From Conexivisphaerales archaeon (GTDB lineage: Archaea; Thermoproteota; Nitrososphaeria; Conexivisphaerales; DTJL01), in contig JBEKZX010000005.1 in assembly GCA_049509455.1 (NCBI GenBank), positions 1 to 62,018 of the forward strand: a stretch of 62,018 nucleotides of DNA. The letters run 5' to 3'. The notes beneath the pieces were generated by a model. It was not told where the DNA came from. It made no database searches and saw only the letters and a list, made by a program, of their open reading frames with translations. The translations under genes and the position numbers were made by a program. Positions 1 through 9,578 of the stretch are shown piece by piece (within the stretch, counting starts at the first letter, position 1; every line of letters starts with the position of its first letter).

Positions 1-687
1 CAGAGCGTCGGGACAGAAATGAACCTCTCCGAGACGGCCTTCCTCTGCCCGGAGGAGGGCGGTTTCAGGCTGCGATGGTTTACCCCTAAGGTGGAAGTCA
101 GCCTCTGCGGGCATGCCACACTCGCCAGCGCGCACGTGCTTTGGGAGGCGGGCGTGGTTCCGGCGGCGAAGGACATCGTGTTCCATACGAAGAGCGGGAA
201 GCTTACCGCGCGTCGGAAGGGCGGGCTCATCGAGCTCGACTTCCCGGCCAGGAAGGCCGCGCCATCCAAACCACCGAAGGGGCTGCTCGAGGCGCTGGGG
301 GTCAGGGCGAAGTCTTTCGGCCGAAGCCTAGAAGACTACCTCGTCGAGGTCGGTAGTGAGGAGGAGCTCCGCAGGATGGAGCCTGACTTCGGGCTCCTCG
401 CCAAGGTGGACACGAGGGGGACGATGGTGACCTGCCTGTCAAGGTCCAAGGAGTACGACTTCGTCTCGCGGTTCTTCGCTCCGGCCGTGGGGGTCTTCGA
501 AGACCCTGTGACCGGTTCGGCCCACTGCTGCCTGGGCCCCTTCTGGGGGGAACGCCTCGGCAAGACAGAGATGATAGGCTACCAGGCGTCCGCTAGAGGT
601 GGAGTCGTCTGGGTGCGTCTGAATGGAAGGAGGGTCATCCTCGGCGGGAAGGCGGTCACCGTCCTGGCTGGCGAACTGAGTGCCTGA
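1..687 (+). CDS. PhzF-family isomerase, 5' end cut by window edge
   Basis: The reading frame is open to base 1. EMNLSETAFL, RLRWFTPKVEVSLCGHATLASAHVL and DPVTGSAHCCLGPFW match the conserved blocks of PhzF/YddE-type enzymes. Confidence 0.8.
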   Translation, partial: QSVGTEMNLSETAFLCPEEGGFRLRWFTPKVEVSLCGHATLASAHVLWEAGVVPAAKDIVFHTKSGKLTARRKGGLIELDFPARKAAPSKPPKGLLEALGVRAKSFGRSLEDYLVEVGSEEELRRMEPDFGLLAKVDTRGTMVTCLSRSKEYDFVSRFFAPAVGVFEDPVTGSAHCCLGPFWGERLGKTEMIGYQASARGGVVWVRLNGRRVILGGKAVTVLAGELSA

Positions 688-768
688 CCTTTGGAGAAGA
701 CTCCCTTCACAGGCCACTTTTCGCGGTCAAGGTTTATCTAAGCTGCAAGGGTAAGTATCATCCGGATA

Positions 769-1539
769 ATGCCCATCCCCTTCTTCGAACGCTCCTCCTC
801 GGAGACTGCCCGGATGATCGAGAGGAAAATCCGATTCATAGAGGACGTTCATAGCGTCCGGCGTGTCCACGTCGACATGACCGGCAAGAAGCCGGTCGTG
901 GTGGTGGTCGTCTGGTTGGACCAGAAGTTCGACCATGAAGAGACTCACAAGGTGGCCTTGAAGATAGAGAACGTAGTGAAGGAAATCCTGCCGAACTCCC
1001 GCGTCTCCATCCGGACGGAGCCGGCCGGCACCGACAGCGAGCACATCTGGAGGCTGGTCAAGGAGACAGCGGAGACCGTGCCCGGGTCTCGCGGCGCCCA
1101 CAACGTCCACATCCGTAAGGTCAATGGGAAGCTGGGCTTGGACTTCCACCTTGAGGTGAGCGCCAACATGACGGTCAAGCAGGCCCACAGGGTCTCCGAG
1201 CAGATTGAAAAGAAGTTGAAGGAGGCCGACCCCAGCATCGCCGAGGTCCTCATCCACGAGGAGTCCGTCGAAGACCTCGTCGACAGCGAAAGGTCGGGGG
1301 CCGGGACTGAGATAAGATGGTACATCGAGCACTTGAAGAAACGGTTCCCGGAAATCAAGGAGATGAGCAAGCCGGAGATCCGCAGGGCAGGCGATAAACT
1401 CTATGTCGTGATGAAGTGCAAGTTCAACCCCGACATCAGTCTGAAAGAGGCCGACGAAGTCATCGGCCGATTCGAGGCCAACGTCAGGGCGGCCCTCCCC
1501 GAGGTGGCCATGATAGAGGTCCACAAGGAGCCCCTGTAA
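769..1539 (+). CDS. soluble protein with three tandem cation-diffusion-facilitator C-terminal (ZT_dimer-like) domains
   Basis: Three repeats of about 80 aa each have the CDF cytoplasmic-domain pattern (V..VH.....G......L.V......V.EAH.I....E..I......V.IH.EP), ending IRTEP, IHEES and VHKEP. No TM segment is present. Confidence 0.65.
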   Translation: MPIPFFERSSSETARMIERKIRFIEDVHSVRRVHVDMTGKKPVVVVVVWLDQKFDHEETHKVALKIENVVKEILPNSRVSIRTEPAGTDSEHIWRLVKETAETVPGSRGAHNVHIRKVNGKLGLDFHLEVSANMTVKQAHRVSEQIEKKLKEADPSIAEVLIHEESVEDLVDSERSGAGTEIRWYIEHLKKRFPEIKEMSKPEIRRAGDKLYVVMKCKFNPDISLKEADEVIGRFEANVRAALPEVAMIEVHKEPL

Positions 1540-1613
1540 TCCCACCTTCCGTTCGCTCACCGAAAGGCGTATACCACCCACCGCTTTGGCACTGATAACG
1601 GCCTGGCGTTCTG

Positions 1614-4193
1614 ATGAAGTCCACAAAGGAGGTGCTGGTCACCCGCACCGACTACTGGTCTCTCCAGCCGGACGAAGTCTACAAGGCGCTGAACACCAGC
1701 AAGGACGGCCTCACCCAAGGGGAAGCGTCCGCGAGGCTTGAGACGGCCGGGTACAACGAGCTTCCCCGTCAAGGCTTCAGTGCCCTTGGAGTTCTTGTAA
1801 GGCAGTTCGGCAACCCTCTTTTCATAATTCTCCTAGTCGCGACCATCGTGTCCTTCTTCGTCGGTTCCCCTGATCAAGCGATAACCATCCTGATCATAAT
1901 CGCCCTTAGCGTCGTGCTGGGATTCTACAACGAATACAAGGCAGGGAAGCTCATCGACGAGTTGCAGAGGAAGGTCTCCATCAAGGCCGTGGTGACGAGG
2001 GACGGGAAGGTGAGCGAAATCGAAGCCCGCCTGCTCGTCCCGGGCGACGTCGTTACCGTGTACATAGGTGATATCGTCCCTGCGGACATGCGCATCGTGG
2101 AAGTCAAGGATATTGAAGTCGACGAAGCAACACTGACAGGGGAGTCCTTCCCCGTAGTCAAGACGTCTCAAGGTATCACCGTCGACCATCCCACAGCCCA
2201 CAGCGCGGGCAACTACCTCTTCACGGGCACGGTCATCGTGCACGGGAGCGCCAAAGGCGTCGTCACCAAGACGGGGAAGGAGACCGAATTCGGCTACATT
2301 TCGAAGAGCCTCGCCAGGCCCCATCCCCAGACAGAGTTCCAGAGGGGCGTCAAGCAATACGGCAACCTGCTCATCGGCCTGACGATGGCCCTCGCCGTAG
2401 CGATCTTCGTCCTCAACGCCGCCCTGAACCATCCTCTGCTTCAGTCTCTCCTCTTCGCGCTCGCCGTCGCCATCGGCCTTGTCCCTGAGCTGATGCCCGT
2501 TATCGTCACCATCTGCCTTTCCAACGGGGCCAACAATATGGCCAAGCAGCGTGTCATCGTCAAACGGCTGGTCTCCATGGAGGACTTCGGCAACATGGAC
2601 GTCCTCTGCACGGACAAGACCGGCACGCTCACCGAAGGGAAGATCATACTCAAGAACTACTTCTCGCTGGACACGGAAAGCGACCCCAGAACCCTCCTCT
2701 ACGCCCTCCTGAGCAGCCCGGCTCTGCTGGGAGAAAGAATCACGGGGAACCCCATGGACGTGGCCGTCTGGGAGTTCGCGATCGCCAGAGGCATGGGCGA
2801 CGTTACCAAGCCCTACACGAAGGTGGATGAGATGCCCTTCGACTATCAGCGGCGCATGGTCTCCACCGTGGTGAAGGACGACGGCAACATCACCCTCGTC
2901 ACGAAGGGCGCCCCCGAGTCCGTCATCGCCCAGTGCGGCTACTACGACTCCAGCGGCACGAGCCTCCCCATCAATGACGATGTAATCGCCGCAGCCAACA
3001 AGAGGTTCCAAGAATACTCCGAGTCCGGCTACCGCCTCTTGGCCATCGCCTACCGCAAGATAGAAGCAAAGGAAGCGTATTCCGTCAAGGATGAAGTGGC
3101 CCTCACGCTGCTCGGCTTCCTCGTCTTCACCGACCCTCCAAAGCCTGACGCCCAAGCCGCCATCAAGAGACTTGAGGAGCTCGGCGTGCAGACGAAGATC
3201 CTCACTGGCGACAACCCCCTGGTGGCACGCAAGATCTGTCAGGACCTGAACCTCCCCGTCAGGAGGGTCTTGGACGGCCCGGAGCTTACCCATATGAGTT
3301 GGAGCGACTTCAAGGCCGCCGTCGAAGAGGCCGACATATTTGCGAGGGTCACCCCGGAACAGAAGCTGGAGGTCATCAAGGCCCTCAAGGAGAACCACCA
3401 CGTGGTGGGCTACATGGGAGACGGCGTCAACGATGCCCCTGCCCTCTACGAAGCCGACGCCAGCATCTCGGTGGACTCGGCCGTTGACGTGTCCAAGGAC
3501 GCGGCCGACATCGTGCTCCTCGAGAAGGACCTCATGGTCCTAGCCCAGGGGATCGACCAAGGAAGGAAGACCTTCGGTAACACGATAAAGTACGTCCTTA
3601 TGGGCACGTCCTCGAACTTCGGCAACATGTTCAGCGCCGCTGCCGCCTCCATCTTCCTCCCCTTCCTGCCCATGCTCCCCATGCAGATCCTCTTCATGAA
3701 CCTCCTCTACGACATCTCCAACCTGACGCTGCCTTCCGACATCGTTGACGACGAAGACACCCGGTGGCCCAGGCACTGGGACATAAGCTTCATCAGGAAG
3801 TTCACCCTGTTTTTCGGGCCTTTCAGCTCTCTCTACGACTTTCTGACCTTCGGGATAATGCTCTTCATCTTCAAAGCATCTACCCCCGCACAGGCTTCTC
3901 TCTTCCAGAGCGGCTGGTTCGTCGAATCGTTCTGGACGGAGGTCCTCGTAATATTCGTGATTAGGACGAGGCGCATCCCCTTCGTGCGCAGCAAGCCCGG
4001 CAAGTGGCTCACCATATTCACCATCTCGGCCGTGGCCTTCGGGACCATCCTTCCCTTCACATTCCTGGGCTCGTTCTTGGGCTTCACGGCTCTGCCTCCA
4101 AACTATTGGCTGCTGCTCATTCTGATGGTGGCCACCTACCTGCTGCTCGTCGACGCGGGGAAGGTCTTTTTCTACAAGGTGTGTGGATTTTGA
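1614..4193 (+). CDS. mgtA: magnesium-translocating P-type ATPase (MgtA/MgtB type)
   Basis: The protein carries the DKTGTLTEG phosphorylation site, TGDN and GDGVNDAPAL. It also has the PFDYQRRMVS block and NLLYD C-terminal TM block typical of MgtA. Length is 859 aa with N- and C-terminal TM bundles. Confidence 0.85.
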   Translation: MKSTKEVLVTRTDYWSLQPDEVYKALNTSKDGLTQGEASARLETAGYNELPRQGFSALGVLVRQFGNPLFIILLVATIVSFFVGSPDQAITILIIIALSVVLGFYNEYKAGKLIDELQRKVSIKAVVTRDGKVSEIEARLLVPGDVVTVYIGDIVPADMRIVEVKDIEVDEATLTGESFPVVKTSQGITVDHPTAHSAGNYLFTGTVIVHGSAKGVVTKTGKETEFGYISKSLARPHPQTEFQRGVKQYGNLLIGLTMALAVAIFVLNAALNHPLLQSLLFALAVAIGLVPELMPVIVTICLSNGANNMAKQRVIVKRLVSMEDFGNMDVLCTDKTGTLTEGKIILKNYFSLDTESDPRTLLYALLSSPALLGERITGNPMDVAVWEFAIARGMGDVTKPYTKVDEMPFDYQRRMVSTVVKDDGNITLVTKGAPESVIAQCGYYDSSGTSLPINDDVIAAANKRFQEYSESGYRLLAIAYRKIEAKEAYSVKDEVALTLLGFLVFTDPPKPDAQAAIKRLEELGVQTKILTGDNPLVARKICQDLNLPVRRVLDGPELTHMSWSDFKAAVEEADIFARVTPEQKLEVIKALKENHHVVGYMGDGVNDAPALYEADASISVDSAVDVSKDAADIVLLEKDLMVLAQGIDQGRKTFGNTIKYVLMGTSSNFGNMFSAAAASIFLPFLPMLPMQILFMNLLYDISNLTLPSDIVDDEDTRWPRHWDISFIRKFTLFFGPFSSLYDFLTFGIMLFIFKASTPAQASLFQSGWFVESFWTEVLVIFVIRTRRIPFVRSKPGKWLTIFTISAVAFGTILPFTFLGSFLGFTALPPNYWLLLILMVATYLLLVDAGKVFFYKVCGF

Positions 4194-4207
4194 TGGAGGG
4201 AGATTAG

Positions 4208-4507
4208 TTGGCTGCTTTGGGCCTCTTCGACTATTACATCATCACCATCAGCTTCAGCATCGCCTTCATCCTAGCGGTAAGCTTGTTCCTGTACAGCAAG
4301 AGGAAGGGGCCAGCGGCCGGCGGGCAGGTACGAACCAGCGTCAGGACCACCCTTGCGAACTTCACCTTCATCTGTGTCCTGACGGCCCTTTTGGTCTTCT
4401 ACATCGTAACTGTCTACATCCGCTCCTACATGCTCTTCGCCATAGGGAACATCGTCGTAGAGCTGTTACTTGTTTATTACGTCATGAAAAACAGGAGCAT
4501 TCACTGA
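4208..4507 (+). CDS. small hydrophobic membrane protein (about 3 TM), hypothetical
   Basis: TTG start lies 14 nt after the mgtA stop and is preceded by GGAGGGAG. The product is strongly hydrophobic, with no recognisable family. Confidence 0.5.
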   Translation: MAALGLFDYYIITISFSIAFILAVSLFLYSKRKGPAAGGQVRTSVRTTLANFTFICVLTALLVFYIVTVYIRSYMLFAIGNIVVELLLVYYVMKNRSIH

Positions 4508-4536
4508 CATCGGATCTTAGCGCAACATCGGACCGG

Positions 4537-4830
4537 TCAGTCTACAAGGGTTCCCGAGTAGATGATTCCCTGAATCCAGGGCGTCTGCTCAAAGCACTCG
4601 TTGAGGATCGTATCCACCTGGGCCGTCATGAACTCCTTCAGGCCGTATGTAAGAGGGAGGTCCTCGCCATCCCAGTTCTGAACGACGATATAGGCGAACT
4701 GCACCAAGCCCTCGACGTCACGCTCAGCGTTCCCGTGCACCTCATACCCCACAGGCACTCTACGAGATATCTCCTCCAGCAGGTTCTGCACCCAGAACTC
4801 CTCCTCCTCCGCAAACATCAATTCTGCCAT
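4537..4830 (-). CDS. hypothetical acidic protein
   Basis: A 97-aa ORF with ATG start and non-repetitive composition. An AT-rich putative promoter block lies upstream. No recognised motif. Confidence 0.4.
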   Translation of the reverse strand: MAELMFAEEEEFWVQNLLEEISRRVPVGYEVHGNAERDVEGLVQFAYIVVQNWDGEDLPLTYGLKEFMTAQVDTILNECFEQTPWIQGIIYSGTLVD

Positions 4831-5030
4831 TTTTTCTCACTTGGGCGGAAGGAACTGTTAGGCCCCGCCGTCGGAGCCTACGTAGGATTGGACCGCCTAT
4901 AATGTTTATGTGTGTAATATATTTATCCTAATTAATAGTCATTAATAATACCATGACGTATTTTAGTCCTCTAACGATCATTCGAGGAAACATCGACTCT
5001 GCTGTCGGGGAGCGAAGGATCGCTGGACCT

Positions 5031-5920
5031 TCATAGAAGGTGGACGGGGAACACAATCTGTAGGATGAAGGAAGCCATATAGATCAGGGCGAACTGAAAA
5101 GCGATCGCCGCCGTCCTAGGGTCGGCGTTGTCAGGGACCTTGCCCGCGAACATCTTCCAGAGGCCCCAGGCGCCAGGGAGGGTGACGAACGTCGCGATGG
5201 AGGAAGGATCCTTGCAAGTATGAAGAGGGGGACGCAGAGGTACGTGATGAGGAGGAGGGCTCCGTAGAGCGTGACGGCCTTCCTCCCCATCTTCACCGCG
5301 ATGGTCTTAACGCCCATGGAGCCATCATAGTCGGTGTCTCTGATATTGTTGGCGAGCAGGACCAGCGCCACGAGGATCCCTATGGGGATGGCCGCTATCA
5401 CGGGAGATGAAGAGAATGTGCGCGTCTGCACCAGGTAGGCTCCAAGGGGAACCAGCGGCCCCCACATGAAGAATGCGGTGACCTCGCCCAGGCCCTTTGC
5501 TTTCAGGACGACGGGGTCGGCGGTGTATAGTACGCTGCCGATGATGCCGCAGGCCACTAGGACCGCCACCCACGGGCTCGCCTGAATCGAAAGATATCCT
5601 GCCGCGGCCAGCGTAAGAAGGTAGAATATGACCGCCCACCTTCTGATGGTATAGGGAGACTCCTGACCAGTGGCCGACGGATGAAGCCGGTACTTGGTCG
5701 TGGGGGCGCCTACCTTGTCCACGCCATGTTTCACATCATAGAAGTCGTTGAGGAGGTTGGTGGCCGCATGGAAGGCTATCATCCCGCCCAGCGTCAGGAC
5801 GTATAGGATGACGTTGAAGCTTCCAGCCAGCGCGGCGATCAGCGTGCCGAGGGTGACCGAAGAGAACGTCATGGTGAACGACCAAGGCCTCGTCGCCAGG
5901 AACAAGGTCTTCGCGTTCAT
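5031..5920 (-). pseudogene. menA: UbiA-family prenyltransferase (MenA-like 1,4-dihydroxy-2-naphthoate polyprenyltransferase) interrupted by one frameshift
   Basis: It has the NDFYDVKHGVD and NNIRDTDYDGSMGVKTIAV Asp-rich motifs. After ..PLFILARILPP the annotated frame becomes an R/S/P-rich non-membrane tail. A shifted frame continues instead as SSIATFVTLPGAWGLWKMFAGKVPDNADPRTAAIAFQFALIYMASFILQIVFPVHLL with a stop at 5031-5033. The shift lies near 5198-5205. Confidence 0.75.
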
Positions 5921-6136
5921 TCATCGCCGAATAGATGAAGTGCTCCTATTAAGTATTGATATGCATGAAGAGCTCCTGCTTCGTCTACAACACCTCGACT
6001 GCGAAGGATGCCGCGAAGCTGGCCTGAAACCCTCGACTCACTCCGAGGGTCGCTTAGGGCGCCGAGAGGACTGTTCAGTGAATTTGAACGATCGTTCGTT
6101 GGGTTAGAGTTATGCCCCCTTAGCCTCTAGCATTGG

Positions 6137-7354
6137 TTGATGAACGTCAAGATGCAAGTGGACATCAAGTCGAACCGCGCCAAGAAGGCCATCTCGCTGC
6201 TGCTCTGCATCTCCATCGTGGGGATGCTCGTCGCGACCATAGGGGGCCTGGCACTGAGCCCTGCCTTCGGCGCGACATCGTATGACAACGTCCAGGTCTT
6301 CGTTCAGACCACAAACATGACGGAGGGCATCTTCACGATCGCCGCGTACAACTCTAGCGGCTCTCTGGTTTCTTCAACGCAGACCGTCTACCCCGCCGCC
6401 AGCTTCGAGCTGCCCGACGGGAGCTATCTCTTCACCGTCACGGCCATGGACCAGACCAACTACTACTCCTATCCTGTCCCGCTCGTTGGATCCGGGACCG
6501 CAGTTTCCGGCGCAGTGAGCGCCACCGACATCGTGCCAGCGACCTATGAGTATCCCAAGGCCGAGTACGGGTACGTCATGGAGCAGATATCAACCTCCAC
6601 GACCCTGAACATCAAGACCACGCCCATCGAGAATATCACACTGACAGAGGTCTCGGTGCAGGTGTTGTTCGCGAACGGGACCGTTGCGGCTGACGCCTCT
6701 GTCTCCGCCTCTGTCGTGGGGGCCTGGTACTGGTGGTACGGGCCCGCCGTTGACCTCCAGATGTACGCACAGACCGGGGTCGACGGAGTGGCACAACTCA
6801 CCATCCCGAGCGTCCCCGTCGACGTGACGGCCTGGGACTGGGTTCAGGTGAACCTGCCCAGCAACCAGACTACCGTTCCCTACAACGTCGGAGGAGAGAC
6901 GGTCAACGTAACGGTCTACTGGGAGCCCACCTACGTAGGACTGGGCGGCTCGGCGCTTATCATACCTCCGCAGAACAGCGCCACCATCACCCTCCACATC
7001 CAGCAACCGACCTACTGGTACGCCTCCAACGGCGCGAGCATCGGAGCCACGGCGCCAACGGCGGAAGGGACTACTACGACGGCCACCCCATCTATTGGCA
7101 CCGAGTCAGACAGCACCTCCGGAGTCCCAGCATTCATCAGTTCCCAGTTCTCCACCGGTTCCTCTAGCAGCTCCAGCACGCCCGCCATCCAGACACAGAT
7201 ACCTTCCCTGTCGACCACCGGGAGCCCCGGCACCGTCACAGCCTCCGGCAGCAGCTACGACCTTCCCCTGACCATCGCCGTAATCGTGGCCTTGTCCATC
7301 GCGGTCCTCAGCTTCGCTCTAGTCCTTCTCAGAGACAGGAAGAAGCAGGTCTGA
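6137..7354 (+). CDS. secreted/cell-surface glycoprotein candidate with C-terminal membrane anchor
   Basis: It has an N-terminal signal/TM segment (ISLLLCISIVGMLVATIGGLALSPAFG) and many N-x-S/T sequons. A Ser/Thr-rich stalk is followed by a C-terminal TM plus basic tail (LTIAVIVALSIAVLSFALVLLRDRKKQV). Confidence 0.6.
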   Translation: MMNVKMQVDIKSNRAKKAISLLLCISIVGMLVATIGGLALSPAFGATSYDNVQVFVQTTNMTEGIFTIAAYNSSGSLVSSTQTVYPAASFELPDGSYLFTVTAMDQTNYYSYPVPLVGSGTAVSGAVSATDIVPATYEYPKAEYGYVMEQISTSTTLNIKTTPIENITLTEVSVQVLFANGTVAADASVSASVVGAWYWWYGPAVDLQMYAQTGVDGVAQLTIPSVPVDVTAWDWVQVNLPSNQTTVPYNVGGETVNVTVYWEPTYVGLGGSALIIPPQNSATITLHIQQPTYWYASNGASIGATAPTAEGTTTTATPSIGTESDSTSGVPAFISSQFSTGSSSSSSTPAIQTQIPSLSTTGSPGTVTASGSSYDLPLTIAVIVALSIAVLSFALVLLRDRKKQV

Positions 7355-7838
7355 ACGACCCGCCTTAGTGATCAGCTTTCTTTCCTTCATCGCGCGCCAG
7401 CCCTGGGCTCTCCCAACCGACGCCTTCACGCTTTAATGTTCAGAGGGAAACCATGGATGAAGACGACGGGGATGTCAACGCCATCGAGCGCCAGGTTGAG
7501 ACCGTCGACAGGCTTTTTGAAGCTCGATCCTCGAGCTGGTCAAGACCAAACCTCTTTTCCGTCTTATCTTGTGCTTTTCAGCCATTGGAGGGAAGCTACC
7601 GCTCCCTGGCTTTGGAATGGAAATAGAAAGCGGATGCTGGATGCCACGAGAGGAACGTTACAGAATAGCGAAAACCAATTACTTCTTCTTGGCCTTCTTA
7701 GCAGCTTTCTTCTTTGCGGGCACTTTTCCTTCATCAGTAGGGTACGCTATTTGGATATTTAAGTCTGAAGGAATAATGCGGAGAACCCCTTTTCTTGCGA
7801 GCAAGTTAAGTGCATCCCGCGGAAGCTAGCTGATTGCA

Positions 7839-8414
7839 TTGGAATCTTCCGGCAGTTCTGGAGATCTTCCATCTGCTAGCGAGGTCGCCACGCTTGGCGG
7901 TGGATGTTTCTGGTGCCTCGACGCGATATTCAGCGAACTGAAGGGAGTGGTCAAGGTCGTGTCGGGATATTCGGGCGGCCACGTGGCCGATCCGACGTAC
8001 GAACTTGTCTGCGGCGACAGGACCGGCCACGCCGAAGTTGTGCAAGTCACGTTCGACCCCAGGATGATATCTTACAGGGAGCTTCTGAAGGTGTTCTTCA
8101 CACTCCACGACCCGACGACGCCCAACCGCCAGGGGGCGGACGTCGGCACGCAGTACCGATCGATAGTGCTCTACCATGACGAAAGGCAGAGGACCGAGGC
8201 AGAGGCCGTCAAGAAGGAGATCGACGAATCAGGGATCTGGGGGAAGGAGGCCGTCACCGAGATCGTACCCCTCCAGATTTTCTATCCGGCCGAGGGCTAC
8301 CACCAAGCCTACTACAGGAATAACCCAAATCAGCCCTACTGCAGGATGGTCATAGCCCCTAAGGTGGCCAAGCTTAGAAAGAAGTATATGGAAAAACTGA
8401 AGGCAGGGAGCTAG
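7839..8414 (+). CDS. msrA: peptide-methionine (S)-S-oxide reductase
   Basis: GGGCFWCLDAIF active-site block, GYSGG, HAEVVQVTFDP and GYHQAYY are all present. Confidence 0.9.
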   Translation: MESSGSSGDLPSASEVATLGGGCFWCLDAIFSELKGVVKVVSGYSGGHVADPTYELVCGDRTGHAEVVQVTFDPRMISYRELLKVFFTLHDPTTPNRQGADVGTQYRSIVLYHDERQRTEAEAVKKEIDESGIWGKEAVTEIVPLQIFYPAEGYHQAYYRNNPNQPYCRMVIAPKVAKLRKKYMEKLKAGS

Positions 8415-8446
8415 AGCCAGGACGTCGTAGGATGGGGAACGTTCCC

Positions 8447-9565
8447 CTACTGGCCGATCCCTAGGGTGTTCCCTATCCCCGCTAGGAGGACCTTCTCGCC
8501 TTCCTTCGTCCTTTGGTCGATGATCTTCGAGATGATGCCCGTGACCTTCGGGATGGCGTCGACTATTTCCTGCTTCATGGTGGTTATCACTTCGAGGTCG
8601 CTCTCCTTGACCAGTATGGCGTAGAGAGGTATCTTGTGCTCGGACGCTACCTCCTCGATCTGGAACTTCTCGACGCCGTAGCCTCCTATGGCTGCGCCGA
8701 CGCCTTCGGCCACCTCGCCCGTCTTCTCACCCTCCAGCTTCAGGGCGGCGTCGACCATAATGATGCCATTGAGCGGCACCCTCATGTCCTCCACCACCTT
8801 CCTGATGGCCACCCCGGGCTGACCCACATATCCTGTGGGCCCCTCCGCCTTTACGATGTAGAGGGTCCTGCCTCTGTATTCGACAGTCGACAGCGTAGTA
8901 TCTCTGGCGATGGACTCCTGCGTGGTCTTGCCGATGAACTTCGAAGCCACAAGAGGCCCTATCCCGTCCCCCACTGGCTGCCCGAGCTTGATCGAGAGGA
9001 CGGCCTTCTCCATTGTCGACGCCTGTTGGAGCACCATCGGCATCACCATCTGAAGCTGTGACAGGGTGGCGAGCGACTTGGTCTTGACGCCGGTTATGTA
9101 GAAGTGCCTCACCACCTTATGCATCATGTTCAGCGCGCTGGACAGCTCGACGAGGTTCTGCGCGATCGAGATCGAGACCGGGTCGGCATCCCTCAGCATC
9201 CCGCTCACCTCTTCGCGGAGGCGTTCATCTCCGGTGTTCGCGATGTGCTCAATCTTCGGCACGATCCCCGTGGGATCTAGGTCCACTGGCATGATTGTAA
9301 CGTAGTCCATGAGCTGGTTCACTCTGCCCGTCACGTCGCCCTGCGCCCTCCCCGTGTCGGTCAGGTAGTCGATGGTCTCCTTCCTTGCCTTGGCGCTCAT
9401 CACGTCAAGACGATCTATGGAGCGCCTGATGCCGCCTAGGGTCATCCTGTACTGCAGTCTCTGGCCGAACAGGACGAACGCCAGGAAGAGCGCCGTCGTC
9501 GTCAGACCCATGATTCCGCCAATGTCCACCACGATTTGCATCCAGCCGATGGCTATTCCAGACAA
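8447..9565 (-). CDS. DUF1512-family archaeal membrane-anchored protein
   Basis: 372 aa with a single N-terminal TM. Length and overall pattern fit the archaeal DUF1512 family as I remember it. No catalytic motif. Confidence 0.5.
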   Translation of the reverse strand: MSGIAIGWMQIVVDIGGIMGLTTTALFLAFVLFGQRLQYRMTLGGIRRSIDRLDVMSAKARKETIDYLTDTGRAQGDVTGRVNQLMDYVTIMPVDLDPTGIVPKIEHIANTGDERLREEVSGMLRDADPVSISIAQNLVELSSALNMMHKVVRHFYITGVKTKSLATLSQLQMVMPMVLQQASTMEKAVLSIKLGQPVGDGIGPLVASKFIGKTTQESIARDTTLSTVEYRGRTLYIVKAEGPTGYVGQPGVAIRKVVEDMRVPLNGIIMVDAALKLEGEKTGEVAEGVGAAIGGYGVEKFQIEEVASEHKIPLYAILVKESDLEVITTMKQEIVDAIPKVTGIISKIIDQRTKEGEKVLLAGIGNTLGIGQ

Positions 9566-9578
9566 TCTTCAATCCCCC

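Noticed and set aside
1833-3401. A 522-aa ORF antisense to mgtA. There are similar long antisense ORFs at 727-1626, 14109-14768, 17353-18189, 41862-42674, 51958-52605, 53349-53987 and 58800-59627.
   Set aside because: These are shadow ORFs, which are typical of GC-rich DNA. Their products are Arg/Gly/Asp/His-rich and motif-free. Each lies fully opposite a gene with strong family signatures.
7355-7838. A 480-bp gene-free stretch. It contains a 57-codon acidic ORF (7454-7627) and, on the minus strand, a Lys/Ala-rich tail (..PTDEGKVPAKKKAAKKAKKK, ending near 7680).
   Set aside because: The K/A-rich frame has a stop about 25 codons upstream and no start codon. The 57-codon ORF has no motif or visible ribosome-binding or promoter context. 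There is not enough evidence to call either a gene or an ncRNA.
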